This document shows positions 47,037-56,130 of a stretch of DNA of 61,010 nucleotides, in pieces; positions within the stretch are counted from its first letter, which is position 1; each line of letters opens with the position of its first letter. This DNA is from a virus (Duplodnaviria > Caudoviricetes). The position numbers and the translations under genes are program-made. Under the pieces are notes generated by a model. That model did no database searches. It was given only the letters and a program-made list of their open reading frames with translations, and had not been told where the DNA came from. Where the stretch lies: positions 1 to 61,010 of IMG/VR virus record IMGVR_UViG_3300032111_000012. One strand, written 5' to 3'.

Positions 47037-47381
47037 CTAACGCACAAAACACTTCGCCCGATCCCCCTTCCGGTACTGCGGCCCCTTCCACATCGGGGCC
47101 ACAGCCCTCTCTTCCTTATCCAGCTTCATCCCATATCTCCGCAACATCTTTGGTGTCCTGGGATCACCGTGATCTGGCATCCGTACAACATCACCCCAGC
47201 TTGTCCTGACCCTTACCGAAGGGAACGGATATTCCGTATCCGGCTCGTGCCATCCCAGCACCTCACAATCCTGGGGAAGACCTAATATTTCCTTGACCGC
47301 CGACACCAGAGGATCATCATCGCTTAATAACCCTGACGATCTCAGGATCACTCTTTGGATCTCCGACCACAGGCTTAACAA
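47037..47381 (-). CDS. Hypothetical protein (start uncertain)
   Basis: ORF in operon direction. Confidence 0.45.
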   Translation of the reverse strand: MLSLWSEIQRVILRSSGLLSDDDPLVSAVKEILGLPQDCEVLGWHEPDTEYPFPSVRVRTSWGDVVRMPDHGDPRTPKMLRRYGMKLDKEERAVAPMWKGPQYRKGDRAKCFVR

Positions 47382-47526
47382 TAACCTGGCCCTCAGCTAA
47401 TGCTATTTTTACCATCCCATTTTTAGCTATGTACTGAGCCGCTGGCCCGTTAAATAAAACCCCGGACGCACATAGCGTCATCTGCATCTTTGGCGCATCC
47501 TTCGACTCGTCCCTGAACCATTCCAC
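47317..47526 (-). CDS. Hypothetical protein
   Basis: 69 aa with SD AGGGGG. Confidence 0.6.
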   Translation of the reverse strand: MEWFRDESKDAPKMQMTLCASGVLFNGPAAQYIAKNGMVKIALAEGQVIVKPVVGDPKSDPEIVRVIKR

Positions 47527-47604
47527 GCTTATTCCCCCTGAATAAAACTTGCTGAGACGAAGCTGCGAACCCTATCCTGCTTGCACCTTTCTGACTTTCT
47601 CTCT

Positions 47605-48234
47605 CTAATGTGTGACCTGCTCCCGGCATAGATCATCCTTAACCAGCTGTACCCGCAAACGGCCCAACATTGCAGATAGAGTGACCACCATCTCCCAGAT
47701 GATCTCCGGGGTGATCTTTCTGACCTTAAGGAGATCCTCGCCCGACATCTGCAACAATTCCCCAAACGTGCGGATATCCCAAGCCATCAATGGCCTGCGG
47801 CAGCTTCTAGGGATCTCCCACACCAAACCGATTTCAAAGCTGTCAATGCGGAGATCTTTGAGATTCCCGCACTCAACATAAGGAATAAGCTCGACCCGGA
47901 GGCGATCCCACACGTCCCCGATTCCGACAAGCTCCCCTTTCGGGGCCACTATCTCCGGCTTTTCAACGTATTTATGCTTCTTTACCCTGGCATTAAAGAA
48001 ATCAACAATCCAAGATCTCGGTGCCCTGGTGCCCATCATCACGTAAGCGAACTCCTGGGCGCACTCCCGAAGGTACTCCTGGAACTCGCGGTGCCAGAAT
48101 AGCTGATCCGTCCGAAACGCCCGTATCATCTGTCGCTTCTTCTTCTCATAGCGTCTCTTTCTCTCAGCCAGATCCAAACCCAACACCCGCACCCCCTTCC
48201 TATTAACCACCAAAAGCTCTAATCTCTTCGTCAT
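47605..48234 (-). CDS. Protein with C-terminal RNA polymerase alpha-CTD-like domain
   Basis: PRSCRRPLMAWDIRTFGELLQMSGEDLLKVRKITPEIIWEM resembles the RpoA CTD pattern. Confidence 0.7.
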   Translation of the reverse strand: MTKRLELLVVNRKGVRVLGLDLAERKRRYEKKKRQMIRAFRTDQLFWHREFQEYLRECAQEFAYVMMGTRAPRSWIVDFFNARVKKHKYVEKPEIVAPKGELVGIGDVWDRLRVELIPYVECGNLKDLRIDSFEIGLVWEIPRSCRRPLMAWDIRTFGELLQMSGEDLLKVRKITPEIIWEMVVTLSAMLGRLRVQLVKDDLCREQVTH

Positions 48235-49023
48235 TCAAGATCCCGAACATCTTGCGCTCTCCTTCTCCCGAATCGTCCTCCCGCCATAGTAGGAAACACC
48301 GTATTCCAGATCCCCCTCAAACCGGCCCACATAAACCGGCTTGCCCGGATAAACATATACAGCCTGGACTCCCGAGAAGAACGCCCCGCAATCGATCCCG
48401 ACCTTGTTCCCTTCCTGCCACACCCTGGCCCGACCATGGATCAATGGTGTAGGCGTATGCCCAAATACGACTGTCTTATCCGTGATTACCTCTGAATTGA
48501 TGAATGCCTCCCGAATGTGCAAGAGTATTCCGGGCCTCTGCTCGGCCATTACCACCGGCACTCCCGGCTCCACCCCTGCGTGACAATAGATGTGCTTCTC
48601 CGTTTCCCGGTAAAGAGGCAGGCTCTCAATCCACCGTAGCACCTCTTTGGGGATATACCTGTTGACGGACTCCGGTTCCCAGACCTTATTCCAGGGGCAA
48701 CCGTAGCTCATCAATGTCGCGCCTCCGCCGTTGTAGATCCACAACTCAAACCGATCTAAATCCCCCAAAGCCGCCATCAAAAGGTCGTCATCATGATTGC
48801 CCCGCAATGCCTGAACTCCACTGATCTTGGATAGCTCCATCACCAGTTCGTAGACCCCCTTGGTGTTCGGGCCGCGATCCCCATAATCACCAAGGAAGGT
48901 CAACCAATCAACCCCCGGTCTAAACCGGGCCTTCCTCAACCCCGCGACCAGGTTGTCCAAATCCCCGTGAATGTCTGTCATTGCCAGTTCCCTGCGATCC
49001 ATCTCTCCCGATACTCCTCTCAT
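48235..49023 (-). CDS. Calcineurin-like Ser/Thr protein phosphatase (lambda NinI/PrpA-like)
   Basis: DIHG, GDYGDRG, LRGNHD, NGG, HAG, GHTP, IDCG. Confidence 0.92.
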   Translation of the reverse strand: MRGVSGEMDRRELAMTDIHGDLDNLVAGLRKARFRPGVDWLTFLGDYGDRGPNTKGVYELVMELSKISGVQALRGNHDDDLLMAALGDLDRFELWIYNGGGATLMSYGCPWNKVWEPESVNRYIPKEVLRWIESLPLYRETEKHIYCHAGVEPGVPVVMAEQRPGILLHIREAFINSEVITDKTVVFGHTPTPLIHGRARVWQEGNKVGIDCGAFFSGVQAVYVYPGKPVYVGRFEGDLEYGVSYYGGRTIREKESARCSGS

Positions 49024-49502
49024 TTAACCGATGGCGGTATCTTTGAGTTACCTAAATCCACCGCCCCGTCCGCAAAAGCCATCACAGCATCTCCCCGCCT
49101 CAAAGCAACAATGGCTTCACCGATGGCCGTGCAAGCCTGTTCTTCGGCATCCTCAAACAAAGACCCAATGGTACGCCGCGCCTCGTCCGACATCCCATTT
49201 GTGACCTGCTTGACGATCTCCCACATCGGAGCGATATGCAGGTGCAACAACTCGTGAACGATTATGTACTCCATATCCATCTCGCCCCGGCGACTCTCGC
49301 CCACCTCATTGGGATCAACCGGCCTCAGCCTTACTTTGCGGCTAGGCGTCCGGTACCAAATGTCCCCATTGGATTCCCGATTATCCTGATTCCGTGGGCG
49401 AACCATATCAATAACAATCTGCCATCCCCCCAGCCTGAGAAGGGACTGGTAGAACATTGTCACCCCAATAGCCTGCTCCCTGGTAAGGTTTCTCGTATCC
49501 AT
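49020..49502 (-). CDS. Zincin-like metallopeptidase
   Basis: IIVHELLH with downstream EE. Confidence 0.65.
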   Translation of the reverse strand: MDTRNLTREQAIGVTMFYQSLLRLGGWQIVIDMVRPRNQDNRESNGDIWYRTPSRKVRLRPVDPNEVGESRRGEMDMEYIIVHELLHLHIAPMWEIVKQVTNGMSDEARRTIGSLFEDAEEQACTAIGEAIVALRRGDAVMAFADGAVDLGNSKIPPSVK

Positions 49503-50113
49503 TACGCCGTCTTGCCCCCTTGCTGGATGTACTGGATCGTCCCGACTACGGCAGCCACCCTGTCCTCAATCGGGCCAGACACCCTAACGTGCGGCACATA
49601 GAGCAGGTTATCCTCAATCAATTCGGCAATCCGACCCCGACACACCGGGCAACAATCACGGAACCCATCTTCCTCGGCTTCAAATTCAATGGGCAGATAG
49701 ACCACCAGATCATAATGGGTCTTGGCCTTACCGATAGCCAGATCCCGATAGCGGGCGTGATCCTTAGATCCTAATGGAGCTACCCGGTAAAGCTCGAAAT
49801 AAGCCAGATAATCCAGGGTTGCCCGATCCGAAACAAACCCGGCTTGCTGCAACATGTCCTCCGCAGCAATCTGCATCGCCAAGGCTTTCCACTGAAACCT
49901 CATTGCGCATTCCCGATCCCTTACCACCTGAGCCACATTCTCAATTCCCAAAACCTTAGCCGCTTGTCGAGCCTGCTCCACAATCAGGGCCAAGCCAAGC
50001 TCTTCAGCCAACCGATTAGCCAAGGTTGTCTTGCCTGTGCAATGGGTTCCCGCGATAGCTATCCTGGGCGGCCTCACACAACCTGGCGCAACAGCTGCAT
50101 GTTGAGTCTCCAA
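49502..50113 (-). CDS. P-loop nucleotide kinase-like protein (AAA_28/NadR-like)
   Basis: AGTHCTGKTT, VSDRATLDY, EEDGFR. Confidence 0.8.
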   Translation of the reverse strand: METQHAAVAPGCVRPPRIAIAGTHCTGKTTLANRLAEELGLALIVEQARQAAKVLGIENVAQVVRDRECAMRFQWKALAMQIAAEDMLQQAGFVSDRATLDYLAYFELYRVAPLGSKDHARYRDLAIGKAKTHYDLVVYLPIEFEAEEDGFRDCCPVCRGRIAELIEDNLLYVPHVRVSGPIEDRVAAVVGTIQYIQQGGKTA

Positions 50114-50505
50114 AATCTCTTCACCTCTTCCAAATAACCGCTAAACTTGGCGTCAAGCGCATCCTCGCGCATTCCCAAAGCAGCCGCCGTCATAAACCAC
50201 AATCGATCCTGGAAATAGATCACTACCGACAACGAATCGATCTCTTGTAGCTGCTGAATCGCTCTCTTGATTTTGAGCCGGAAATCATTGAGCCTTGCCA
50301 TATCGCCAGCCATCCAGGCTCTATCCATTTTCTGTTCCCAATCCCTGATCCGCCTAATGATCTTTCTCGAGGCCCTAAGATCGCGCCACGCCTGCAAAGC
50401 GATAGCCGCAGCCAACCGCTTCTCTTCACTCGGCAAGATCCGAAGCTCCAACATTTCACACTCCCTCACTCCAAGATGTAAACCATCACCGGCCTGACTC
50501 CCCAC
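50074..50505 (-). CDS. Hypothetical protein
   Basis: LAAAIALQAWRD motif; start probably ~50454. Confidence 0.65.
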   Translation of the reverse strand: MGSQAGDGLHLGVRECEMLELRILPSEEKRLAAAIALQAWRDLRASRKIIRRIRDWEQKMDRAWMAGDMARLNDFRLKIKRAIQQLQEIDSLSVVIYFQDRLWFMTAAALGMREDALDAKFSGYLEEVKRFWRLNMQLLRQVV

Positions 50506-50993
50506 ATCAACGCCTCATCCCTGGTCTCGAAATACACATCCAAACGGTCTCCTTTGATGTCCCCGCCAGTATCCAGAGCCACCCCATATCCGTACCCCTC
50601 AACATAAAGTGATGTCCCTAACGGAATCACTTTCGGATCTACAGAGATCGTTCCGGGCCTGGGTTCTGTCCCGCACTTCGTCTTAAACCCCGTGTAACAA
50701 TATGCGGTTGCCAACATCGCCCTCTGGTGAACCACGCCACGGTTCGGCAAAGCCACCTGCTGCTCCCTGCAAGCCCGTTCTACCTGTTCCGGCATACCTT
50801 TACCCTTGCTGTCATCTATCCGGCGCTCTGGGGCAATCCTGTCCACGGCCCGGATGTCCCCCACCCCAGTCTGAATTTCTGGAGCTTGAGCCTGTCCGTG
50901 TGCTACCCAGACCACCGTCACAATCACCACGATCAAGCAGAAGGTGTCAAACCTCGTCCACGGTACCGCTGGCCCCCTTGCCCACCTGATCAT
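50466..50993 (-). CDS. 3D-domain cell-wall-associated protein
   Basis: N-terminal TM; ATAY, VDPKVIPLG, DTGGDIKGDRLDVY. Confidence 0.9.
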   Translation of the reverse strand: MIRWARGPAVPWTRFDTFCLIVVIVTVVWVAHGQAQAPEIQTGVGDIRAVDRIAPERRIDDSKGKGMPEQVERACREQQVALPNRGVVHQRAMLATAYCYTGFKTKCGTEPRPGTISVDPKVIPLGTSLYVEGYGYGVALDTGGDIKGDRLDVYFETRDEALMWGVRPVMVYILE

Positions 50994-51472
50994 AGGTCAG
51001 CCTCCACAGCTTCCCGGATCACGATCTCCACTCTGGGTTCTCCAAACCGCTTCCGCACAACAGCATCCACGATCCGGGAATCATTGGTGTACAGGACTTG
51101 CTCTAAGGCATCGGTAACCGCCTTCCCTAAATTGTCCCAATCAGGCTTGGTAAGCGGGAATAACACCCGCTTGGGCAGACTCTTGGGCCGCAGCCGGAAA
51201 AAAGTGGCCTGCAACACCAACGGCCCGTCTAACAGCTTCCCAGCCATCCCCATCTCCTGCCTGATCTGCTGGGCCACCCAATTGATTCTCTCCTGCCAAT
51301 TAACCGTATTGCTCGGAGTGTAATAGATCACCCGACCATTGCGGAGAGTCGCTTTCCTGGCCCTTTCCTGACCAACCGGCTCTCCATAAACAGTGAACCT
51401 GTATTCTCTGTTAGGCCCTAGCTCTCCGATGACGGGCGGGGCCGACCGTTTCCGCGCCGACACACTCTTCAC
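50990..51472 (-). CDS. rusA: RusA-like Holliday junction resolvase
   Basis: KPDWDNLGKAVTDAL, NDSRIV. Confidence 0.9.
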   Translation of the reverse strand: MKSVSARKRSAPPVIGELGPNREYRFTVYGEPVGQERARKATLRNGRVIYYTPSNTVNWQERINWVAQQIRQEMGMAGKLLDGPLVLQATFFRLRPKSLPKRVLFPLTKPDWDNLGKAVTDALEQVLYTNDSRIVDAVVRKRFGEPRVEIVIREAVEADL

Positions 51473-51824
51473 CAAGCTGATCCATCCTTTCCCGGTACTC
51501 TCTGAAGGTGGGCAACAACGATAGATCGAACAACCCCACCTTCTTCGGCTCCTCAGCCCGAGCAACCAGATCCTGTGAGCCTCGGCTCCGCTTTAAGATA
51601 ATGATCTTGGAATCTCCACAGAACCACTCGCCAAGACTCACCGTAAATGCATACCCCTTAGCAGATCGGCAAACGATAAACCTTTTGTTGACAACTTCCA
51701 CCTTGCCCCGCTTGACACGGGGCGAACCAGTACCAAACTCCGGTCGGTGATGCACCTCAACATAATCCCCCACCATCACCGGCGGCCACTGCTTAAGCCG
51801 TTCCTGGCTGTCTATACCGGCCAT
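51411..51824 (-). CDS. Hypothetical protein (SH3-like)
   Basis: VGDYV...GKVEVV. Confidence 0.6.
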   Translation of the reverse strand: MAGIDSQERLKQWPPVMVGDYVEVHHRPEFGTGSPRVKRGKVEVVNKRFIVCRSAKGYAFTVSLGEWFCGDSKIIILKRSRGSQDLVARAEEPKKVGLFDLSLLPTFREYRERMDQLGEECVGAETVGPARHRRARA

Positions 51825-52243
51825 CCCAATCGCCTCGCAATCTCTCTGACAATCTTCGTCCTGTAGTCATAACAAGTGCGTTTCGAGATATGGCACTCCC
51901 TGGCGATATACTCCACATCCCTCTCCAATTTCCAGTACCACAGCTGCACCAACCGAAACTCACTCTCACCCAGCCTTTCCAGAACATACTCCACGGCCTC
52001 AATCCTGCGGGCCGACTCCAGAATTGCCAGCGTCTCCAGCTTGGCAACTCTCTGGAAAGTCGGATCACCCACATCCGTTCCGGTTGGCTCAAGCGAATAC
52101 TTGACCGCGCCGATCCCCCGGATATCATCTTGCAACCACGCCAACTCCCGCTTGATGGCGTGATAGTTATAAAGCAAGGCTTCTACGCAGCGGTAATTCT
52201 GCTCCTCAATAGTCAATTTTTTGCGTTTATGTCCCTGTGGCAA
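51812..52243 (-). CDS. RinA/ArpU-family late transcriptional activator
   Basis: VEALLYNY, GDPT, LVQLWYW, C-terminal HTH IARECHISKRTCY. Confidence 0.85.
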   Translation of the reverse strand: MPQGHKRKKLTIEEQNYRCVEALLYNYHAIKRELAWLQDDIRGIGAVKYSLEPTGTDVGDPTFQRVAKLETLAILESARRIEAVEYVLERLGESEFRLVQLWYWKLERDVEYIARECHISKRTCYDYRTKIVREIARRLGWPV

Positions 52244-52294
52244 CTCAAAGCCCTCCCCTCAGAGGTTGGCCCCGTCACCACTTGCACCGATTAA

Positions 52295-52843
52295 CTAGGC
52301 CGTATCTTTCTCTCTCTCGATGGCCCCTTGCTGCTCCAAGTACTCACCCAAGGCCAGCCACAACCTTTTGGCCTGCTCGACCTGGGCAGCCTTGGCTTGG
52401 ATCTCCTCCTGGATAAACTCACTGACAGTGCGGAACAACCGTTCGCCCCTGGCCCGAATCCTGGCCGCTTCATCCCCCGTGTCTTTGGCCTTAAGGATCT
52501 CTTGTCTCAACTGCCGGACGCTCCACTGGTTGCTAACCGAACGATCCAACCACATCTGCGGAGCCTGTGTCCTGGCACATACCCGGTACAACTCCCACGG
52601 GTAATTGAAATCCCGCAACTCTTCCCCAAAAGTAGCTGCCACTTTCACCAGTTCGTGAATGTACCGGGCCGTATACCCCAACTCAGCCCCCATCGTCCTG
52701 GCAAACCCCTTACCAGGATAATCGGCCTTGGCTTTGATAAGAATGTCGCCCTTGAGCCATCTGGCCTTGCGCTCCGTTTCGTCCAAGTTGAGAATGGCAC
52801 TGATATACTCCTCCAGCGGCTTCCTCTCGGTATCCTCACTCAC
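52295..52843 (-). CDS. Putative DNA-binding protein (LmbU/ParB-HTH-like)
   Basis: WLKGDIL, HTH, WSVRQLR; start set at GTG 52843. Confidence 0.6.
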   Translation of the reverse strand: MSEDTERKPLEEYISAILNLDETERKARWLKGDILIKAKADYPGKGFARTMGAELGYTARYIHELVKVAATFGEELRDFNYPWELYRVCARTQAPQMWLDRSVSNQWSVRQLRQEILKAKDTGDEAARIRARGERLFRTVSEFIQEEIQAKAAQVEQAKRLWLALGEYLEQQGAIEREKDTA

Positions 52844-53110
52844 CCTGCCCAACCTCCTCTGAGAATGCTGCCCGCTGTTCCTGGCTAAGCAAATGCTTGT
52901 ACTTTTTGAAGAACGACCTGCGCCCAATTCGGTGTGCTTCCTTATGATGCTTCCCACACACCGGTAATTTATTGATTGCCACATCCTTTAGATCTGGTCG
53001 CGCCCCCCTGGTATGAATCCAATGATGCTCATCATCCGCAGGCTGGCCGCATATCGCACAATACTGGTCGATGTAGCCATCCAACCACTCCTGGGGAAGC
53101 TCCTGCGGGT
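52836..53110 (-). CDS. HNH-like nuclease (DUF968/Ref-like); start uncertain
   Basis: CAICG...HH...PVCGKHHKEAH..G. Confidence 0.7.
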
Positions 53111-53343
53111 CAACTCTCTTGCGCTTCAATGGCCCAATCAAACTGTGCCCTGACCTTTGCCGCTTCCAAGATCCCCGCAACCAGAACAGTCGGCAGAGGC
53201 GTCTCCTTGCCATTTTCCTTGCAGACAATCACCAGATCCTCAGTCTGATTCGTGGCATCCAAGACATAGCGGATCTTGATCTCATATTCAACCTTCCCGA
53301 CCTGGAAGAGCATCTGCCCTCCCCCTCTCTTCTTAAACTGCAA
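53110..53343 (-). CDS. Hypothetical protein
   Basis: Short ORF with SD GGGGAGG. Confidence 0.55.
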   Translation of the reverse strand: MQFKKRGGGQMLFQVGKVEYEIKIRYVLDATNQTEDLVIVCKENGKETPLPTVLVAGILEAAKVRAQFDWAIEAQES

Positions 53344-53698
53344 ACCGCATCTGGGGTGCGATTCTTGCGACCAACTCCCGGAGTGCCCCGACCGTCAACT
53401 GCTCCAACAACCTCTCATCCCCCGGCGGGACGACCGCCTCTAGTGCTCGTGCCACCTCTGCGACATCAGTTGTCCCGGCCAGCCGGACAGCTTCCTCAAT
53501 GTAGCGCAGCCCGTCACTATGCTCCTTACGGAATCCCCCCTTGAGCCTCTGCTTCTTGACCGCCTGCTGGCCCACGGAACGGCCAAGGATCTGGCTCAAC
53601 TCCTCAGCCATCTGCCGGTCATTCATCTCCAAATAGTGCGCCTCAATGAACGTCCGAACGATCTCCATCTCCCTCTGCTTGGGACTCTTGTCACCCAA
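53333..53698 (-). CDS. HTH-containing protein
   Basis: MNDRQMAEEL...GRSVGQQAVKKQR. Confidence 0.6.
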   Translation of the reverse strand: MGDKSPKQREMEIVRTFIEAHYLEMNDRQMAEELSQILGRSVGQQAVKKQRLKGGFRKEHSDGLRYIEEAVRLAGTTDVAEVARALEAVVPPGDERLLEQLTVGALRELVARIAPQMRFAV

Positions 53699-53713
53699 CC
53701 TCCCACACCCCCT

Positions 53714-55081
53714 TTAGTTAACATCGTGATCGGAAAAGACCATAAACCGCTTATGGAACATCACCGGCACCCGACCGACCGGGCCGTTGCGCTGCTTCGC
53801 AACAATCAACTGCCGGATACCGCACAACTCTTCCGGTGGTACCTCGTCATTAACTCCGACCCCACTGGATTTCTTGGCTGGTGTATGCAGGAAAATCACA
53901 ACATCGGCATCTTGTTCGATTTCTCCAGAATCCCGCAAATCACTAAGAAGAGGGGTTTTGTCTGCCCGCTTCTCAATATCCCTTGACATCTGACAAATAA
54001 CGATCACCGGAACATCCAAATCCCGCGCCAGTGCCTTGAGCCTCTTCGTAACCTGCCCAACGTAATCGTTCTTGCTCCAACCCTTTTCCCAAGTGTCCTG
54101 AATCAACTGGAGATAATCGACCACAATCAGGTCAAGCCTGCCCTCTTTCTTTTTGATCCTCCTGGCCCTGGCACGCATCTGGGCCGTGGAAATCCTGGGA
54201 CTGTCATCAACCCAAACCCGCAACCGCTCCAATTCCCACATTGCTCCATCAATCGAATCCCAATCCTCTGGCTGTAGAATCCCATTGCGTACCCGGCTGC
54301 TCTCCACCTGAGCGTGAGCAATCCCGGCTCTCTCAGCAATCTGCTCCTTGCCCATCTCAATTGAGAAGAACAGCACCACGTTGCCCTGACGGGCTACACG
54401 CTCAATGAGATTCTGAGTGAAAGCACTCTTACCCTGACTCGGGCGGCCCGCCAGGATGATTAGATCACCCCGCTGAAGGCCGCCAAGGATGGCATCCAGC
54501 CTGCCAAACCGCGTTTCCACGCCCGTCCGTTCACCCTTGCGCTGTAAATCTCGCAACTCCATCCAGCGCATCGGGATTAATTCCTTGTACGGCACGGCCT
54601 CAACACCATCGCTACCGATGTCCTGCGCCTGCTGGATTAGGTGCTCGATCTCTCCAATTTGGTTGTCCAAATCCCCATCTTCATCCAAAGCCACCTCAAT
54701 CGTCCGCTTAGCCGCACGGAACAACATCCGGCGCTGATGCTTCTCCCGAATGATGTTGGCGTAATATTCCACATTCGACGTGGTTGCGATAAGGTCAATC
54801 AATGAAGCTACATAAACCGCTCCACCGACCCTTTGCAACACCCCCGCATCAGTGAGGTACTGAGTAACCGTAACCAAATCCACCGGCTTTCCATCAGCAG
54901 TCAGTTGGAGCACGGCATCCCAAATAATCCCGTGGGCAGGGTGATAGAACATATCCGTTGTGATCCGGTCAATAACCATCATTAAAGCCTCGTCATCGAT
55001 CATGCACGCTCCAAGCAAGCACTGTTCGGCATCGATGCTATTAGGTAACGTCCGCCCCCTGTTTGCCACCCCTTTTATCAC
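53714..55081 (-). CDS. dnaB: Replicative DNA helicase, DnaB family
   Basis: AGRPSQGKS, SIEM, VDYLQL, DLRDSGEIEQDAD, KQRNGP. Confidence 0.97.
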   Translation of the reverse strand: MIKGVANRGRTLPNSIDAEQCLLGACMIDDEALMMVIDRITTDMFYHPAHGIIWDAVLQLTADGKPVDLVTVTQYLTDAGVLQRVGGAVYVASLIDLIATTSNVEYYANIIREKHQRRMLFRAAKRTIEVALDEDGDLDNQIGEIEHLIQQAQDIGSDGVEAVPYKELIPMRWMELRDLQRKGERTGVETRFGRLDAILGGLQRGDLIILAGRPSQGKSAFTQNLIERVARQGNVVLFFSIEMGKEQIAERAGIAHAQVESSRVRNGILQPEDWDSIDGAMWELERLRVWVDDSPRISTAQMRARARRIKKKEGRLDLIVVDYLQLIQDTWEKGWSKNDYVGQVTKRLKALARDLDVPVIVICQMSRDIEKRADKTPLLSDLRDSGEIEQDADVVIFLHTPAKKSSGVGVNDEVPPEELCGIRQLIVAKQRNGPVGRVPVMFHKRFMVFSDHDVN

Positions 55082-55105
55082 CTCTCCCCTGACCCCGATT
55101 AACTG

Positions 55106-55993
55106 TTAACGGCGTTGCCGCCTCATATGCTCGATTTCATCAACCTGATCCGACAAATCGGGGTACAACTCCAATGACTGCTGCCCCCCGACCTTTGCAG
55201 CCTGAGCCTGCTCCTCTTGATACAACCGCTCACAAATGGCCCGCACATAACTCAATGGATCAAACGTTTCTCTTTCCGCTTCTGTCAGCTTGGCAATCTT
55301 CCAAGACACGCCCTGAATAGAACGAATAACAATGTCAGCCCCGTACTGGTTATAAAGGGTTCCCACCCGTCCGAAATCGCTTGGCTGTTCTCGCCACCCT
55401 GGGATGGCCCGAAACCGAGTTGTTATCTCGCCGATGATTTTTCCGTTGTCAACAGATAAATTGGCCCCTGTGGAATGTTTGAGTCCTTGCGATGTATTGG
55501 TTTCAGGCTTCTCTTCCCTGACCCGCTTCACGCTCACATCTGAATTCTCCAACGTATCAGATTTGATACGTTGATCCTCTGACATCTTTCTTTCATCCTG
55601 AGAAACGCTGGTCGCAATCTGCCGGTACCAACCCATCGTGATCTTCTTGATCACATAGAGATTGGGAGCCGGTTTGCGGTTGTGGATCTCAATCAGATCT
55701 TTGTCCCGTAACTCATACAGCGCCCGCTTGATAGTAATTAAAGACCAACCCAGCTGGTCAGCCATCGTCTGGCCCCTCGGGAAACATGAGCCGTTCCAAG
55801 CGTAGGTTAACAATAGCCCATAGACCACCTTGGCCTGCGCCGATATGCCAGGATTCTTGATGATGGCGACAGGGATCTGTACAAACCCCATCGCCAACAC
55901 CGCATCATCCCCATCCTCGAACACGACATTCGGGGTTTGATCTTCCTGGCTACCCAAGGCCACCTGCTTGACCTTTTTCACCACCCCGATCAC
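55106..55993 (-). CDS. Replication initiator with N-terminal winged HTH
   Basis: AKVVYGLL..YAW...CFP...MADQLGWS..TIKRAL.EL; upstream of DnaB. Confidence 0.85.
   Translation of the reverse strand: MIGVVKKVKQVALGSQEDQTPNVVFEDGDDAVLAMGFVQIPVAIIKNPGISAQAKVVYGLLLTYAWNGSCFPRGQTMADQLGWSLITIKRALYELRDKDLIEIHNRKPAPNLYVIKKITMGWYRQIATSVSQDERKMSEDQRIKSDTLENSDVSVKRVREEKPETNTSQGLKHSTGANLSVDNGKIIGEITTRFRAIPGWREQPSDFGRVGTLYNQYGADIVIRSIQGVSWKIAKLTEAERETFDPLSYVRAICERLYQEEQAQAAKVGGQQSLELYPDLSDQVDEIEHMRRQRR
55551..55572. repeat. Single 22-bp iteron-like copy inside the initiator gene
   Basis: AACGTATCAGATTTGATACGTT, 21/22 identical to 11290-11311. Confidence 0.8.
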
Positions 55994-56115
55994 CCCGCGA
56001 TCCTAACGAACTGATAAACCAAATAGCTAACATACAACCCGATAATGAGCCAGAAACCCCAATCGGTAAGAGGCCCGCCGATGATTATGCGCTCGACCCT
56101 TTCCCACCATTCCAT
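55990..56115 (-). CDS. Small membrane peptide (41 aa)
   Basis: MEWWERVERIIIGGPLTDWGFWLIIGLYV...; stop overlaps initiator start. Confidence 0.55.
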   Translation of the reverse strand: MEWWERVERIIIGGPLTDWGFWLIIGLYVSYLVYQFVRIAG

Positions 56116-56130
56116 CGGCCTTTCCACGGA

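Noticed and set aside
41375-50113. Known hypermodification pathways (7-deazaguanine, 5hmC/TET, 5hmU)
   Set aside because: No recognisable DpdA/Que, dioxygenase, hydroxymethylase or DNA polymerase genes
52836-53343. Programmed frameshift fusing 53110..53343 to the HNH-like ORF
   Set aside because: The HNH ORF lacks a clear start, but no recognisable slippery site is present; a TTG start or a mutation explains it equally well
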